Shown here piece after piece: positions 27,175-35,117 of a stretch of 64,000 nt of DNA. The notes beneath the pieces were generated by a model. The model was not told the DNA's origin and ran no database searches. It saw only the letters and a list, made by a program, of their open reading frames with translations. Made by a program: the position numbers and the translations under genes. Source of the stretch: Gemmatimonadota bacterium (GTDB taxonomy: Bacteria; Gemmatimonadota; Gemmatimonadetes; Gemmatimonadales; GWC2-71-9); assembly GCA_039586365.1 (NCBI GenBank), contig JBDHKN010000009.1, positions 1-64,000 of the forward strand, written 5' to 3'. The number at the start of each line of letters is the position of its first letter. Positions within the stretch are counted from its first letter, which is position 1.

Positions 27175-28527
27175 CTACCGCACGAGGTGGAACTCTGTCT
27201 GACGCCGCTTGATCCAGCGCATGGTCCCTTCAGCGGTCACTTCCGCGTCTTCTTCCAGCGCCATGCGGACGTTCTGGTCATCCCATTCGGCAACGGGAGT
27301 CGTCGCCTGCAACTCGATGGAGAACCAGGTGTTAGGGCGGACCAGCACGTCGCCGCGGCCAGGGACACCTTCCTGTCGGTCCCACAGGCCGATCAGTGGA
27401 CCGGAACCATGCCCATGGTCACCAACCGGGTGGCTGTAAACCGACCCGTTTATGCCGGCCTCACGCATCTTCGCCAGCGCCGAGTGCAGCACCTCGTTTC
27501 CGCTACGGCTCGTCCGCATCTCCTGCATCACGATGTCCTGCAGCTGGTTGCCCGCCGCCAGTGCGTCCTTCAGGCCCTGGGGTGCGTCCGTCTCCCCCAC
27601 CCGCAGCACATATGCCATGTGCTGCGTGTCGGTATTGAGTCCCAGGGCAGTGATACCGATGTCGCAATGCAGCACGTCGCCCTGCTGGATTACCGGTGGC
27701 TGTTCATCCGGTCCTCCGCCGCGCCGCTGCAAATCAACTGAAGGCTGGAACCAGGTGCCCAACCCCAGATCGTTGATCCGCTGCCGCATCCACCAGACCA
27801 CATCCTCGGTCGTCGTCTCGCCAGGAGTTATGACGTCGCTGGAGAACGCCGTGGCGATGATTTCCCACACGATGTCCTGCATGCGCCGGTATGTGGGTAG
27901 CATCCCGGGTACGCGGACGTAGAGGTAATCGACTGCCAGTCCTTCGGCGTGGACGATACGGCTCACAAGCTCTGGGCCGAGGGCATCCTGCATCTGAGCC
28001 CACTCGCCCGCCGTCAGGCCGTCTGCAAAAGCGTGGGTCTCTGATATGTTCACGGCTATGACGTTGGGGTCTCTCTCACGAACCATATCCGCGAACAGAT
28101 CCCACTGCTCACGTCCCCAGAGTTCCTGCTGTTGGCCGTCTGGGGTCGCCTTCGTACCTCTTACAGCCTCGTAGAGACCACCCTGACTGGAGCCACCCAA
28201 GGCGATTCGCTCAACTCCTTGCTCTGGCCCGCGGTCATAGAACAGGTATATGGTGCGTCTGCGCGCAGCAAAACTCTCGGGCGCGACCAAGCCGCGAAAG
28301 ACTGGGTCTTCGTTGTATTCCCGCATGGCCAGCACCCACATGTCCACCCCGTACTCGCGCATCAGGTTGGGGAGCACCGATTCGAGTCTATCCTTGAGCC
28401 ACTCCTGCTGTAGTTTCGCCTGTTCACGCAATGTTCCCAGGGGATGCTGGGGTTGCGGCGCCTGGGCAAGCGCCGGCGAAGTCACCATCATGATCGCGAG
28501 CGCGAATTGGTGGATCGTCTTCTTCAT
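27175..28527 (-). CDS. M24 family metallopeptidase (Xaa-Pro aminopeptidase-like), secreted
   Basis: Signal peptide MKKT...ALA-Q; GDVLHCDIG, TDTQH, HPVGDHGH, SIEL, LEED. Confidence 0.88.
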   Translation of the reverse strand: MKKTIHQFALAIMMVTSPALAQAPQPQHPLGTLREQAKLQQEWLKDRLESVLPNLMREYGVDMWVLAMREYNEDPVFRGLVAPESFAARRRTIYLFYDRGPEQGVERIALGGSSQGGLYEAVRGTKATPDGQQQELWGREQWDLFADMVRERDPNVIAVNISETHAFADGLTAGEWAQMQDALGPELVSRIVHAEGLAVDYLYVRVPGMLPTYRRMQDIVWEIIATAFSSDVITPGETTTEDVVWWMRQRINDLGLGTWFQPSVDLQRRGGGPDEQPPVIQQGDVLHCDIGITALGLNTDTQHMAYVLRVGETDAPQGLKDALAAGNQLQDIVMQEMRTSRSGNEVLHSALAKMREAGINGSVYSHPVGDHGHGSGPLIGLWDRQEGVPGRGDVLVRPNTWFSIELQATTPVAEWDDQNVRMALEEDAEVTAEGTMRWIKRRQTEFHLVR

Positions 28528-28690
28528 CGGTTCATCCTTTTCAAGACGCAATGAATTGCAGATCTTCAGCGGGATTCCTGGCGCTTAAGGTACCCTCAAG
28601 AGTGCCGATCCACTACGGCTGCCGCGCCAAATCCGTGGATTGAAGATTGGGTTGCAGGTGTCTTCCAAACGAGAGGATTTGATCGCAACA

Positions 28691-30118
28691 ATGAGCCCTG
28701 ACGAAACACCGCTTGAGCTGAGTGGAGCGGAGCTGCGGCAGCTGGTGGATGCCGCCATGGAGCGCATTGTCCCGCATGTTGACTCCCTCCCGATCCAACC
28801 AGCGGCGGACGTAGCAGGCGGAGCCGAGCTCGCCCGCTCACTGGTTGAGCCACTGCCGGAGCACGGGGTGCCGGTCAGTGAAGTGCTCGGATTGGTCTTC
28901 GACCGGGCGTTGCCAAAAAGCTTCAACACGGCCGGGCCTGGCTATCTCGCCTATATCCCGGGGGGAGGGATCCTCCACACAGCCGTGGCCGAGCTCATCG
29001 CGGCTGCGGTTAATCGATACGTGGGTGTATGGATAGCGGCTCCCGGCCTCGCTCAGCTCGAAGCAAACGTGATCCGCTGGTTCTGCGGAATCATAGGGTT
29101 CGGCAGCGGTTCGTCGGGTTTTCTCACCAGTGGCGGGTCACTGGCTAATTTCTCGGCTGTGGTCGCGGCCCGGCGGAACCTCCTGGGGGAAGACTTCCTG
29201 AGCGGCACCATATATGCCTCTGACCAGGTCCATCACTCCATCCTCAAAGCTGCGATGCTCGCGGGCTTCCCAGCAGGGAACGTGCGCGAGGTGTCTTCGG
29301 ACGAAGTGTTCCGGATGCGCTGTGACGAACTCACAGCAGCGATAGCGGCAGACAAGGCATCAGGGCACTCGCCCTTGATGGTCGTGGCCAGTGCCGGCAC
29401 CACCAATACCGGAGCGGTGGACGACCTTCAAGAAGTGGCGGCGATCGCGCAGCGACACGGCATGTGGTTTCACATTGACGCAGCCTACGGCGGCTTCTTC
29501 ATGCTGACCGAACGTGGCAGGCGAGCAATGCGTGGGATCGAACAGGCCGATTCGGTAGTGCTCGACCCGCACAAGGGTCTGTTTGTGCCGTACGGTACGG
29601 GATCATTGCTCGTGCGCGATGGGGCAGCACTCAAACGGGCACACGCTGTGGGTGCTGACTACATGCCCCCAATGCAACAGGACGAGGATCTCATCGACTT
29701 CTGCCAGGTTTCACCCGAGCTGTCTCGTCCGTTTCGGGGGCTCGGGGTTTGGCTTCCGATCAAACTACTGGGGATCGATCCGTTTCGCCGTAGCCTAGAC
29801 GAGAAACTAGACCTGGCCCAGTGGGCATGCGAGCAGCTGAGGCAGGTCGATGGCATGGAGATCGTTGCCGAGCCCCAGCTCTCCGTCGTTGCTTTCCGAC
29901 TGACCCGCCCGAAGATGAATACGGAGGCGTTGAACCGCCTGAACCGTGATTTTCTCGACCGCGTCAACAGTCGCAAGCACGTTTATCTCACCGGCACCAT
30001 GCTGTCGGGCCAGTTCACCGTGCGGATTTGCGTGCTTTCCTTCAGAACCCACAGGGACAGAATGGAGTGGGCAATGGAAGACATCAGGGCGGCTGCGGAG
30101 GACGTGCTGCGAAGGTAA
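28691..30118 (+). CDS. Group II PLP-dependent decarboxylase (aromatic-L-amino-acid decarboxylase-like)
   Basis: TSGGSLAN, HHSILKAA, AGTTNTGAVD, HIDAAYGG, DSVVLDPHK, PELSRPFRGL; ATG 28691 with SD GAGG. Confidence 0.92.
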   Translation: MSPDETPLELSGAELRQLVDAAMERIVPHVDSLPIQPAADVAGGAELARSLVEPLPEHGVPVSEVLGLVFDRALPKSFNTAGPGYLAYIPGGGILHTAVAELIAAAVNRYVGVWIAAPGLAQLEANVIRWFCGIIGFGSGSSGFLTSGGSLANFSAVVAARRNLLGEDFLSGTIYASDQVHHSILKAAMLAGFPAGNVREVSSDEVFRMRCDELTAAIAADKASGHSPLMVVASAGTTNTGAVDDLQEVAAIAQRHGMWFHIDAAYGGFFMLTERGRRAMRGIEQADSVVLDPHKGLFVPYGTGSLLVRDGAALKRAHAVGADYMPPMQQDEDLIDFCQVSPELSRPFRGLGVWLPIKLLGIDPFRRSLDEKLDLAQWACEQLRQVDGMEIVAEPQLSVVAFRLTRPKMNTEALNRLNRDFLDRVNSRKHVYLTGTMLSGQFTVRICVLSFRTHRDRMEWAMEDIRAAAEDVLRR

Positions 30119-30234
30119 ACGACGGTGAAGATGGGATTATGCCAAGCTGCCACGCAGCACGATCCCATTAATGCCACAATGACAGTCCGTTGAACGGTAC
30201 CTCGCCGATTCCTGCCATATCGGCCGGCTTGTCC

Positions 30235-30250
30235 TGGCACTCCACATGCT
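30235..30250 (+). promoter_or_regulatory. Sigma-54 (-24/-12) promoter upstream of hsp20
   Basis: TGGCAC-TCCAC-ATGCT, with exact GG-N10-GC spacing. Confidence 0.65.
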
Positions 30251-30334
30251 ATTGGTCAGAGCAGAAGCGGGTCAAGAACCCAACGAGCCAACTAACTAGT
30301 TGTTACTAGAGACCTTAGCAAAAGGAGTTTCAAG

Positions 30335-30787
30335 ATGGTGTATCCGACTCTTTGGAGGGCGGGCCGCCCGGCGGCGTGGGAAGATCTGTTCAATGCTCGG
30401 CGTGATGTTGATAGGATCTTCGACCGGTTCTTCAACGGGGCTCCGTCAGCCGTGACCGTCTGGTCGCCCAGCGTGGATGTTCGTGAGTCAAAGGACGACA
30501 TCGCGGTGTCGGTGGAGCTGCCCGGGCTGCGGCGTGAGGACGTGAATCTCACGGTCGAGAACAATGTGCTCACGATCAGCGGTGAGAAGAAGCAGGAGTT
30601 CGAGGAGGGCAAGGAAGATGGCGACTACCACCTGATCGAGCGTTGCTACGGCAAGTTCGAGCGTTCATTCACACTGCCGCGGAGCGTGGATCCGGAGAAC
30701 ATCACGGCGAGGTTTGACGATGGTGTGCTGAAAGTCGTTCTATCCAAGATCCCCGCTGCCAAGCCGAAGCAGATAGCGATCAAGTAG
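30335..30787 (+). CDS. Small heat shock protein (Hsp20/alpha-crystallin)
   Basis: WSPSVDVRE, VELPGL, LTISGEK, YGKFERSFTLP, DGVLKV, PKQIAI; SD AAGGAG. Confidence 0.96.
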   Translation: MVYPTLWRAGRPAAWEDLFNARRDVDRIFDRFFNGAPSAVTVWSPSVDVRESKDDIAVSVELPGLRREDVNLTVENNVLTISGEKKQEFEEGKEDGDYHLIERCYGKFERSFTLPRSVDPENITARFDDGVLKVVLSKIPAAKPKQIAIK

Positions 30788-30811
30788 GCTGCGGTCGGTG
30801 ACTAAGTGAGG

Positions 30812-30841
30812 GCAAAGCCCGGCTCCACAGCCGGGCTTTGC
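30812..30841. terminator. Perfect 13-bp hairpin between convergent hsp20 and GH65 genes (probable bidirectional terminator)
   Basis: GCAAAGCCCGGCT-CCAC-AGCCGGGCTTTGC. Confidence 0.75.
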
Positions 30842-30886
30842 AGTTACTGAGTAGAAGAGAGATCGGCATGGTCCGACAGTGGCGAT

Positions 30887-33310
30887 TCAGAGATCTATCT
30901 CCAGAACACCCCCCGGCTCCAGCCGGTGCGGCATGCTCCTGGCCTCAATGAGCTGGAACCGGTCCGCGCAGTCCTCCAGCGCCACACGCAGCTTGCCATG
31001 AGTCACGGTGATATCAAACCAATTTCCTCGGTACTGCACTTTGAGGCTGATCTTGCGAATCTGCCTTGGCAGGTTTGGATTGATTGCGAGAGTCTCCCCC
31101 CGCGTGTCGACACCAGCGAACCGGTTGAGGACGATGCTTACGGTGCCGGCCATCGCTCCGAGGTGTATGCCCTCCTTGGTGGTGCCACCCTGTACATCTG
31201 CGAAGTCGCTCCGTAGGGCCTGGCGGAACAACTCCCAGCTGTGCGTCCGGTCTATGCGATCGAGCAGGGCAGCGTAGACTACACGACTGAGGGTAGAACC
31301 GTGTGAGCAGCGAGCCAGGTAGTAGCGGATGTTGTCCGAGATGGTTTCCCCATCGAACGCGTATCCTAGCTTGCGGAAGATCCGCCCGACCTCATCTGCC
31401 CGCAGCAGGTAGAAGAGCATGGTCACATCGGGCTGCTTGGCAACCTTGTACCTGTCCGGTGTGTCGTCTTCCGCTTTGAGAATCCGGTCGAGCCGTTGGA
31501 TGTCTCCGTACTTGGTGCGGTATTCAGCCCACGGGAACTCCTCGAGATCCTCGAATCCCTCGAACTGACTGATGATGCCGTTACCATGGAACCTGATGGT
31601 CATCTTGTGCGTGATTTCATTCCACCGGTTCAGCTCTGCGTCGTCAATCTCGAGCAGGCCGAGGAGCTCCTCTCGCCGCTCGGGACACATCTGCTTGAGC
31701 ACCTCCTGGGCTCGTTCAATGCACCAGACAGCCATTATGTTGGTGTAGGCGTTGTTCCGGAGGCCACCTTCTGAGGCGCCCGGATAGCCCTCGTGGTACT
31801 CATCCGGGCCCATCACTCCGTGTATCTCATATCGCCCGCTTTCCTCGTTCAGGTGGGCGATGGAGCTCCAGAACTTGGCAATATCGAGGATTATCTCTGC
31901 CGCAAACTGTTCCAGGAATGGTCGTCTCCTGGTCGTCAGGTAGTGTTCCCAGATGTTGTAGACGATGGCAGCGTTTATGTGTCTCTGATTCCTACTGTTG
32001 TCGGGATCCCACCGTCCCGATTTCGGATTGAGATGGATGTATTGAGTCTCCTCTCGACCGTTACTGCTGCTCTGCCACGGGAACATGGCACCGCGATAGC
32101 CGCACTCGCGTGCGTAGGCACGGGCTGCGCTCAAGCGGAAGTAGCGGTAGCGCGTCAGCGACCGGTCGATGTCGGGGAAACTCTCCAGATAGAACGGCAA
32201 AATGAAGATCTCGTCCCAGAAGATGTGCCCACGATAAGCCTCTCCGTGTAGGCCTCGAGCTGGAACGCTGACATCCAGGCCCCGAGTGTTCTCAGAGACG
32301 GTCTGTAGCAAGTGAAATATGTGAAATCGAACCAGAATGCCATCGTCTGGATCACCGGGTGCTGCTGTCGGGTCGGTTTCGACGTCCACATCGGCGCGTC
32401 GCCACAGAGAGCGCCATACTATGCGTTGAGTGCGCAGCAACTCAGTGAAGTCCGGGGAGCTCGTAATTGCCAAGCGAACGTCGCGCGCACTCTCTGTGAT
32501 GCCGCGATCTCGCGACGTGTGCAGAGCAACCACCTTCTCTGCCGCTATGGTCTGGCCTTTTCCGACTTCTGTTGTGAACACCTGGCCTACCTCTGCATCT
32601 TCTACGACCGTGTTCACGTGAACGTGAACCTGCGGGTCGGGATGTAAGACTCGCGTTCGAGCGGCCTCGGCAACTTCGAGGTGTGACTGGCTGGTCCTGA
32701 CGAGCAGGTAGACCCCCTCCGGTGCAACGGTGCCCTTGTTGAGGATTGTCAGATGCTTGGGATTGAGTTGGCGGTATCGTTCCACACCGGTGTTGGTGAC
32801 TGTGCCGTTCAACATCGATCGAATGTGGATGGTCCCGGACCAGTCTGCTGGAGTAATGCTGTACTGCAACGCAGCCAGGTTGGGGCGGTACATGTGAACA
32901 ATACGCCTGCTGGTGACGCCAGTGGTTCTCCCCTTTGCGTCCCGTACCGTGTACGTCCGTGTCAGAAGCCCGTCATCTAGATTTAGCTCCCGTCTGTATG
33001 AAAGGATTTCGAGCCTGTTGAAATCGACCCAGTCACCGTCGTCGGGGCGCCACGTTAGACATAACCAGTTGGGGAAGTTCACGAGATCTTCGTTCACGAT
33101 TGTGCGGCCCCCTACCTCACTTGCCAACCGGTTGTAGCCGCCGGCGATGTAGGTACCGGGGTAATGGATTCCATCGGCTGACACTTCTTCTGCCGCACCG
33201 CGCGTTACAAAGAACCCGTTCCCCAACGCACAAAGAGACTCACGCAAGCCTTCTTGATTGGGGTCGTATCCGTCGAACGCAATGACCCACCTGTCGCTGT
33301 TATGTGTCAT
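30887..33310 (-). CDS. Glycoside hydrolase family 65 (trehalose/maltose phosphorylase or hydrolase)
   Basis: ESLCALGNG..TRG, PARGLHGEAYRGHIFWDE, GAMFPWQS, VMGPDEYH, NNAYTN, KQPDV, HGSTLS. Confidence 0.94.
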   Translation of the reverse strand: MTHNSDRWVIAFDGYDPNQEGLRESLCALGNGFFVTRGAAEEVSADGIHYPGTYIAGGYNRLASEVGGRTIVNEDLVNFPNWLCLTWRPDDGDWVDFNRLEILSYRRELNLDDGLLTRTYTVRDAKGRTTGVTSRRIVHMYRPNLAALQYSITPADWSGTIHIRSMLNGTVTNTGVERYRQLNPKHLTILNKGTVAPEGVYLLVRTSQSHLEVAEAARTRVLHPDPQVHVHVNTVVEDAEVGQVFTTEVGKGQTIAAEKVVALHTSRDRGITESARDVRLAITSSPDFTELLRTQRIVWRSLWRRADVDVETDPTAAPGDPDDGILVRFHIFHLLQTVSENTRGLDVSVPARGLHGEAYRGHIFWDEIFILPFYLESFPDIDRSLTRYRYFRLSAARAYARECGYRGAMFPWQSSSNGREETQYIHLNPKSGRWDPDNSRNQRHINAAIVYNIWEHYLTTRRRPFLEQFAAEIILDIAKFWSSIAHLNEESGRYEIHGVMGPDEYHEGYPGASEGGLRNNAYTNIMAVWCIERAQEVLKQMCPERREELLGLLEIDDAELNRWNEITHKMTIRFHGNGIISQFEGFEDLEEFPWAEYRTKYGDIQRLDRILKAEDDTPDRYKVAKQPDVTMLFYLLRADEVGRIFRKLGYAFDGETISDNIRYYLARCSHGSTLSRVVYAALLDRIDRTHSWELFRQALRSDFADVQGGTTKEGIHLGAMAGTVSIVLNRFAGVDTRGETLAINPNLPRQIRKISLKVQYRGNWFDITVTHGKLRVALEDCADRFQLIEARSMPHRLEPGGVLEIDL

Positions 33311-34895
33311 TATGTCGTTCCCTTGTGGACGACTGTGAGATCTGCCAAGAACTCAGGATTCTGAGAAATCTCCCGACTTCGACGGGATTCTTGAGTGATA
33401 GATGCGCCTTCGTGTCGCGTGGAGTCTCACTGACGAGGATGCCCAGTCCACGATCCTGTAGCGCAGCGAAGGCGTCTTCATCGGTAACGTCATCACCGAT
33501 GTACAGCGGAACCACATCAGGTGTGTCCAACTCGAGTGTTTGGAGCAGCCACAAGACGGCTCTTCCTTTGTCCCATTCCAGGTTCGGTCTGACTTCGAAG
33601 ACCTTCTTGCCATGTGCCTTCCTGAGTTCGGGATGACTCTTTACGACCTCGTCAACCACACTCTCAATGCTGGACACTTCGCTCTCCTTCACGAGTCGGT
33701 AGTGAACGGCGAGCGAAAACCGCTTGTCTTCAATCAGTGCACCTTCGATAGGTGCTATTTCGTCATTAAAGACCCGCGCGGCGTCGTCGAGAATTGGCCG
33801 GTACTCAGAGCCGATCTCATGGCGTATCGCCGTAGCCTGTGGACCAGCTATGTCGAAGCCGTGGCTGCCCGCGTAGTAGAGGTTGTCGAGTGCCACCAAG
33901 GCGTGCACATCTTCGCGGCCCCTACCGCTGACGATCACGGTGGGGCATACGTCGGCCACTTTACGGAGAACCGCCCGCATCTCCTGGGATATCTTTGCTA
34001 AGTCGGGAGTTGCCACTATCGGTGTGAGAGTGCCGTCGTAGTCAAGAAACACGGCCACTCGCTTGCCGGACCATTGGCTGCTGATCTCTTCCCACTGGTC
34101 CAGCGCGGACGGCTTGGCAGAGTCTTTCATGGTGAACCACTCGTTGATTTGGTCTATCGAGGTTTCAGCGAGGTCCGACACAACGATATCAGCGCCGGCC
34201 TCACGCAGTTCCTCCTGATGCCCGGCTCGATCCACTCCGATAACTAGCCCAAAATTCCCCCTACGACCGGCTTCAACTCCTGCTACTGCATCTTCGACAA
34301 CGAAGCATTGCTGGGGCGAGACACCCAGTTCCTCGGCAGCCTTCAGATAGGAGTCAGGGTGAGGTTTGCCTCGCAAACCCAGTTCTTCTGCGACCACTCC
34401 GCAGACGCGGCTCTGGAACAAATCTTCCAACCCGGTGAGGCGGAGGATGCGTACTGTGTTCTTACTCGAGGACATTAGTCCAACCCTGATATGTCTGCTA
34501 CGCAGCTCCTGGATAAGTGCGACCGTAGAGTCGAACACATCCACACCATCGGTCTCCAGTAGTGCGTTGTACAACTCGTTCTTGCCGTTTCCCAAACCGC
34601 AATAGGTTTCCTTCCTCGGCTCGTCCTGAGGTGTCCCGAATGGAAGTTCGATCCCCCGCGACCGGAGAAAGCTCTCGACGCCCTTGTATCTGGGCTTACC
34701 GTCCACGTAGATGCGGTAGTCGTCATTGATATCGAAGGGCACGAATGCGACGGAGTTTCTATTGGCGTACAACCGGAGATATTCGTCGAACATCTCCTTC
34801 CAAGCGTGCGCATGCACTCGCGCGGTGTGTGTCACGACACCGTCCAGGTCAAAGATGCCAGCCTGGAAGTTCAGACTCGTATTGTCGGCTTGCAT
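33300..34895 (-). CDS. otsB: Fusion of a beta-phosphoglucomutase-like HAD domain and trehalose-6-phosphate phosphatase
   Basis: N-domain IFDLDGVV...GKPHPD...VEDAVAG; C-domain FLDYDGTL, SGR, AGSHG, GKKVFEVRP, WDKG, IGDDVTDEDAF. Confidence 0.9.
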   Translation of the reverse strand: MQADNTSLNFQAGIFDLDGVVTHTARVHAHAWKEMFDEYLRLYANRNSVAFVPFDINDDYRIYVDGKPRYKGVESFLRSRGIELPFGTPQDEPRKETYCGLGNGKNELYNALLETDGVDVFDSTVALIQELRSRHIRVGLMSSSKNTVRILRLTGLEDLFQSRVCGVVAEELGLRGKPHPDSYLKAAEELGVSPQQCFVVEDAVAGVEAGRRGNFGLVIGVDRAGHQEELREAGADIVVSDLAETSIDQINEWFTMKDSAKPSALDQWEEISSQWSGKRVAVFLDYDGTLTPIVATPDLAKISQEMRAVLRKVADVCPTVIVSGRGREDVHALVALDNLYYAGSHGFDIAGPQATAIRHEIGSEYRPILDDAARVFNDEIAPIEGALIEDKRFSLAVHYRLVKESEVSSIESVVDEVVKSHPELRKAHGKKVFEVRPNLEWDKGRAVLWLLQTLELDTPDVVPLYIGDDVTDEDAFAALQDRGLGILVSETPRDTKAHLSLKNPVEVGRFLRILSSWQISQSSTRERHNDT

Positions 34896-35117
34896 GTTTG
34901 GTGGCCTGCTGGGGATTGTGGTCGCTGTTCAGACAGCGGTACGAGGTTGACGCTGGCTGTCACCCGGGAGAAGATACTAAGAGGTAGCAATTCGCCTCCT
35001 GGGGCGCGTGCTACAATCATGACTCAGCCTATCTTCATGGATCTGGGACACCCAAGGGATGTGATCAGGCGGCGGCCGTGTCAAGATCCATCCCGAGGCT
35101 GCGTGAAAGCAAAGGCG

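Noticed and set aside
30234..30260. CIRCE (HrcA) operator before hsp20
   Set aside because: Only the left arm (CTGGCACTC) resembles CIRCE and the right arm does not match. A sigma-54 element fits better.
34806..35117. Long N-terminal extensions in the ORF track (otsA from 34806; also ggt from 8814, the second permease from 3672, the PP-loop protein from 59333)
   Set aside because: They overlap neighbouring genes and precede the homologous domain start; downstream starts with an SD or stop-start coupling fit better.
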